DNA of 64,000 nucleotides, taken from Trichinella spiralis (Eukaryota). The position numbers and the translations under genes were made by a program. Below are positions 63,428 to 64,000 of the stretch, in pieces. The stretch spans positions 439,453 to 503,452 of the forward strand of contig NW_003526941.1 in the NCBI RefSeq assembly GCF_000181795.1, in the 5' to 3' direction. The stretch's first letter is position 1; every line of letters starts with the position of its first letter. Below the pieces are notes generated by a model. It ran no database searches, had not been told where the DNA came from, and was given only the letters and a program-made list of their open reading frames with translations.

Positions 63428-64000
63428 TTAAATACGTTCAACAATAATGATATCATTTTCTTCGACGGAATAATAACTTAAGGAATAAAGATCATGATCC
63501 AATGATACCACTATGTCAGGCTAAATTCAAAGGCTTTTAACAATATAAATACAAAAAAGAACCATTGATATATATATATATATATATTAATCAAGCTAAT
63601 AAACTTACATTCCTGGAACTTTTGTAAGATAGCTTAACCAGTTGAGGTTTCAAATGAAATAATTCGCCAACTAAGATCTTCAATTTTTGAACTGTCAAAA
63701 AATCTAAAACAGTTACAATAAATACATTTTAAAAGAATAAAAAACAGCTAATATTACTTGGAACCCTCTTCTCGATTGCAGGTTTATCAGAATAGGTAAA
63801 CTTCAGCACTAAATAAAACGTAGAATTTATCAAACAAGTAATAAAAATAAATAAAAATTCATAAAAATTAGTAAACACTTTGCATACACTGTGTCATATT
63901 CTTTAGAGGATTTTTCACTGTTTCAAAATGATCTGGTTCTCCATACACTAAAACAAATAAATATATAAAGAAATATGTACGTATGATTAATAATTAATGC
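63428..64000 (-). CDS. TBCE: 3' end of tubulin-specific chaperone E (ubiquitin-like domain); gene continues beyond the window
   Basis: Four short exons splice to YGEPDHFETVKNPLKNMTQLLKFTYSDKPAIEKRVPNFLTVQKLKILVGELFHLKPQLVKLSYKSSRNPDIVVSLDHDLYSLSYYSVEENDIIIVERI*, resembling the TBCE C-terminus as I recall it. Missed by the ORF track. Confidence 0.82.

Noticed and set aside
1..64000. Prokaryotic systems, CRISPR arrays, transposases, tRNA/rRNA genes
   Set aside because: None seen, and the genes are spliceosomal eukaryotic genes. Small ncRNAs cannot be excluded without a covariance-model search.

Overview
AT-rich, gene-dense eukaryotic genomic DNA with many short introns and tttcag/ttttag acceptors. 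This style suggests a nematode, plausibly Trichinella-like, but that is inference only. I assembled the gene models by hand from splice sites. Left to right: a possible gene start leaving the left edge, a Ly6/uPAR GPI-anchored protein, an intronless alpha-1,3-fucosyltransferase, neurogenin, a co-oriented block (TFIIE-beta, SMC1, ppGalNAc-T, DNAJC12) divergent from PLK1, a 4-TM protein, a CD151-like tetraspanin, laminin beta, G6PD, an uncharacterised acidic/coiled-coil protein, an SLC17-type MFS transporter and the 3' end of TBCE. Two findings stand out, and neither is evident from the ORF track. (1) The laminin beta gene has two duplicated, same-phase terminal exons, each encoding the final 44-residue coiled-coil segment ending in Y-x-H-C, which implies two beta chains from one gene. 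(2) The uncharacterised gene splices into a LIR + coiled-coil + C-terminal CCHC zinc-finger protein, the layout of a selective-autophagy receptor, with a candidate cassette exon that would delete the finger. I saw no RNA genes, CRISPR arrays or transposons.
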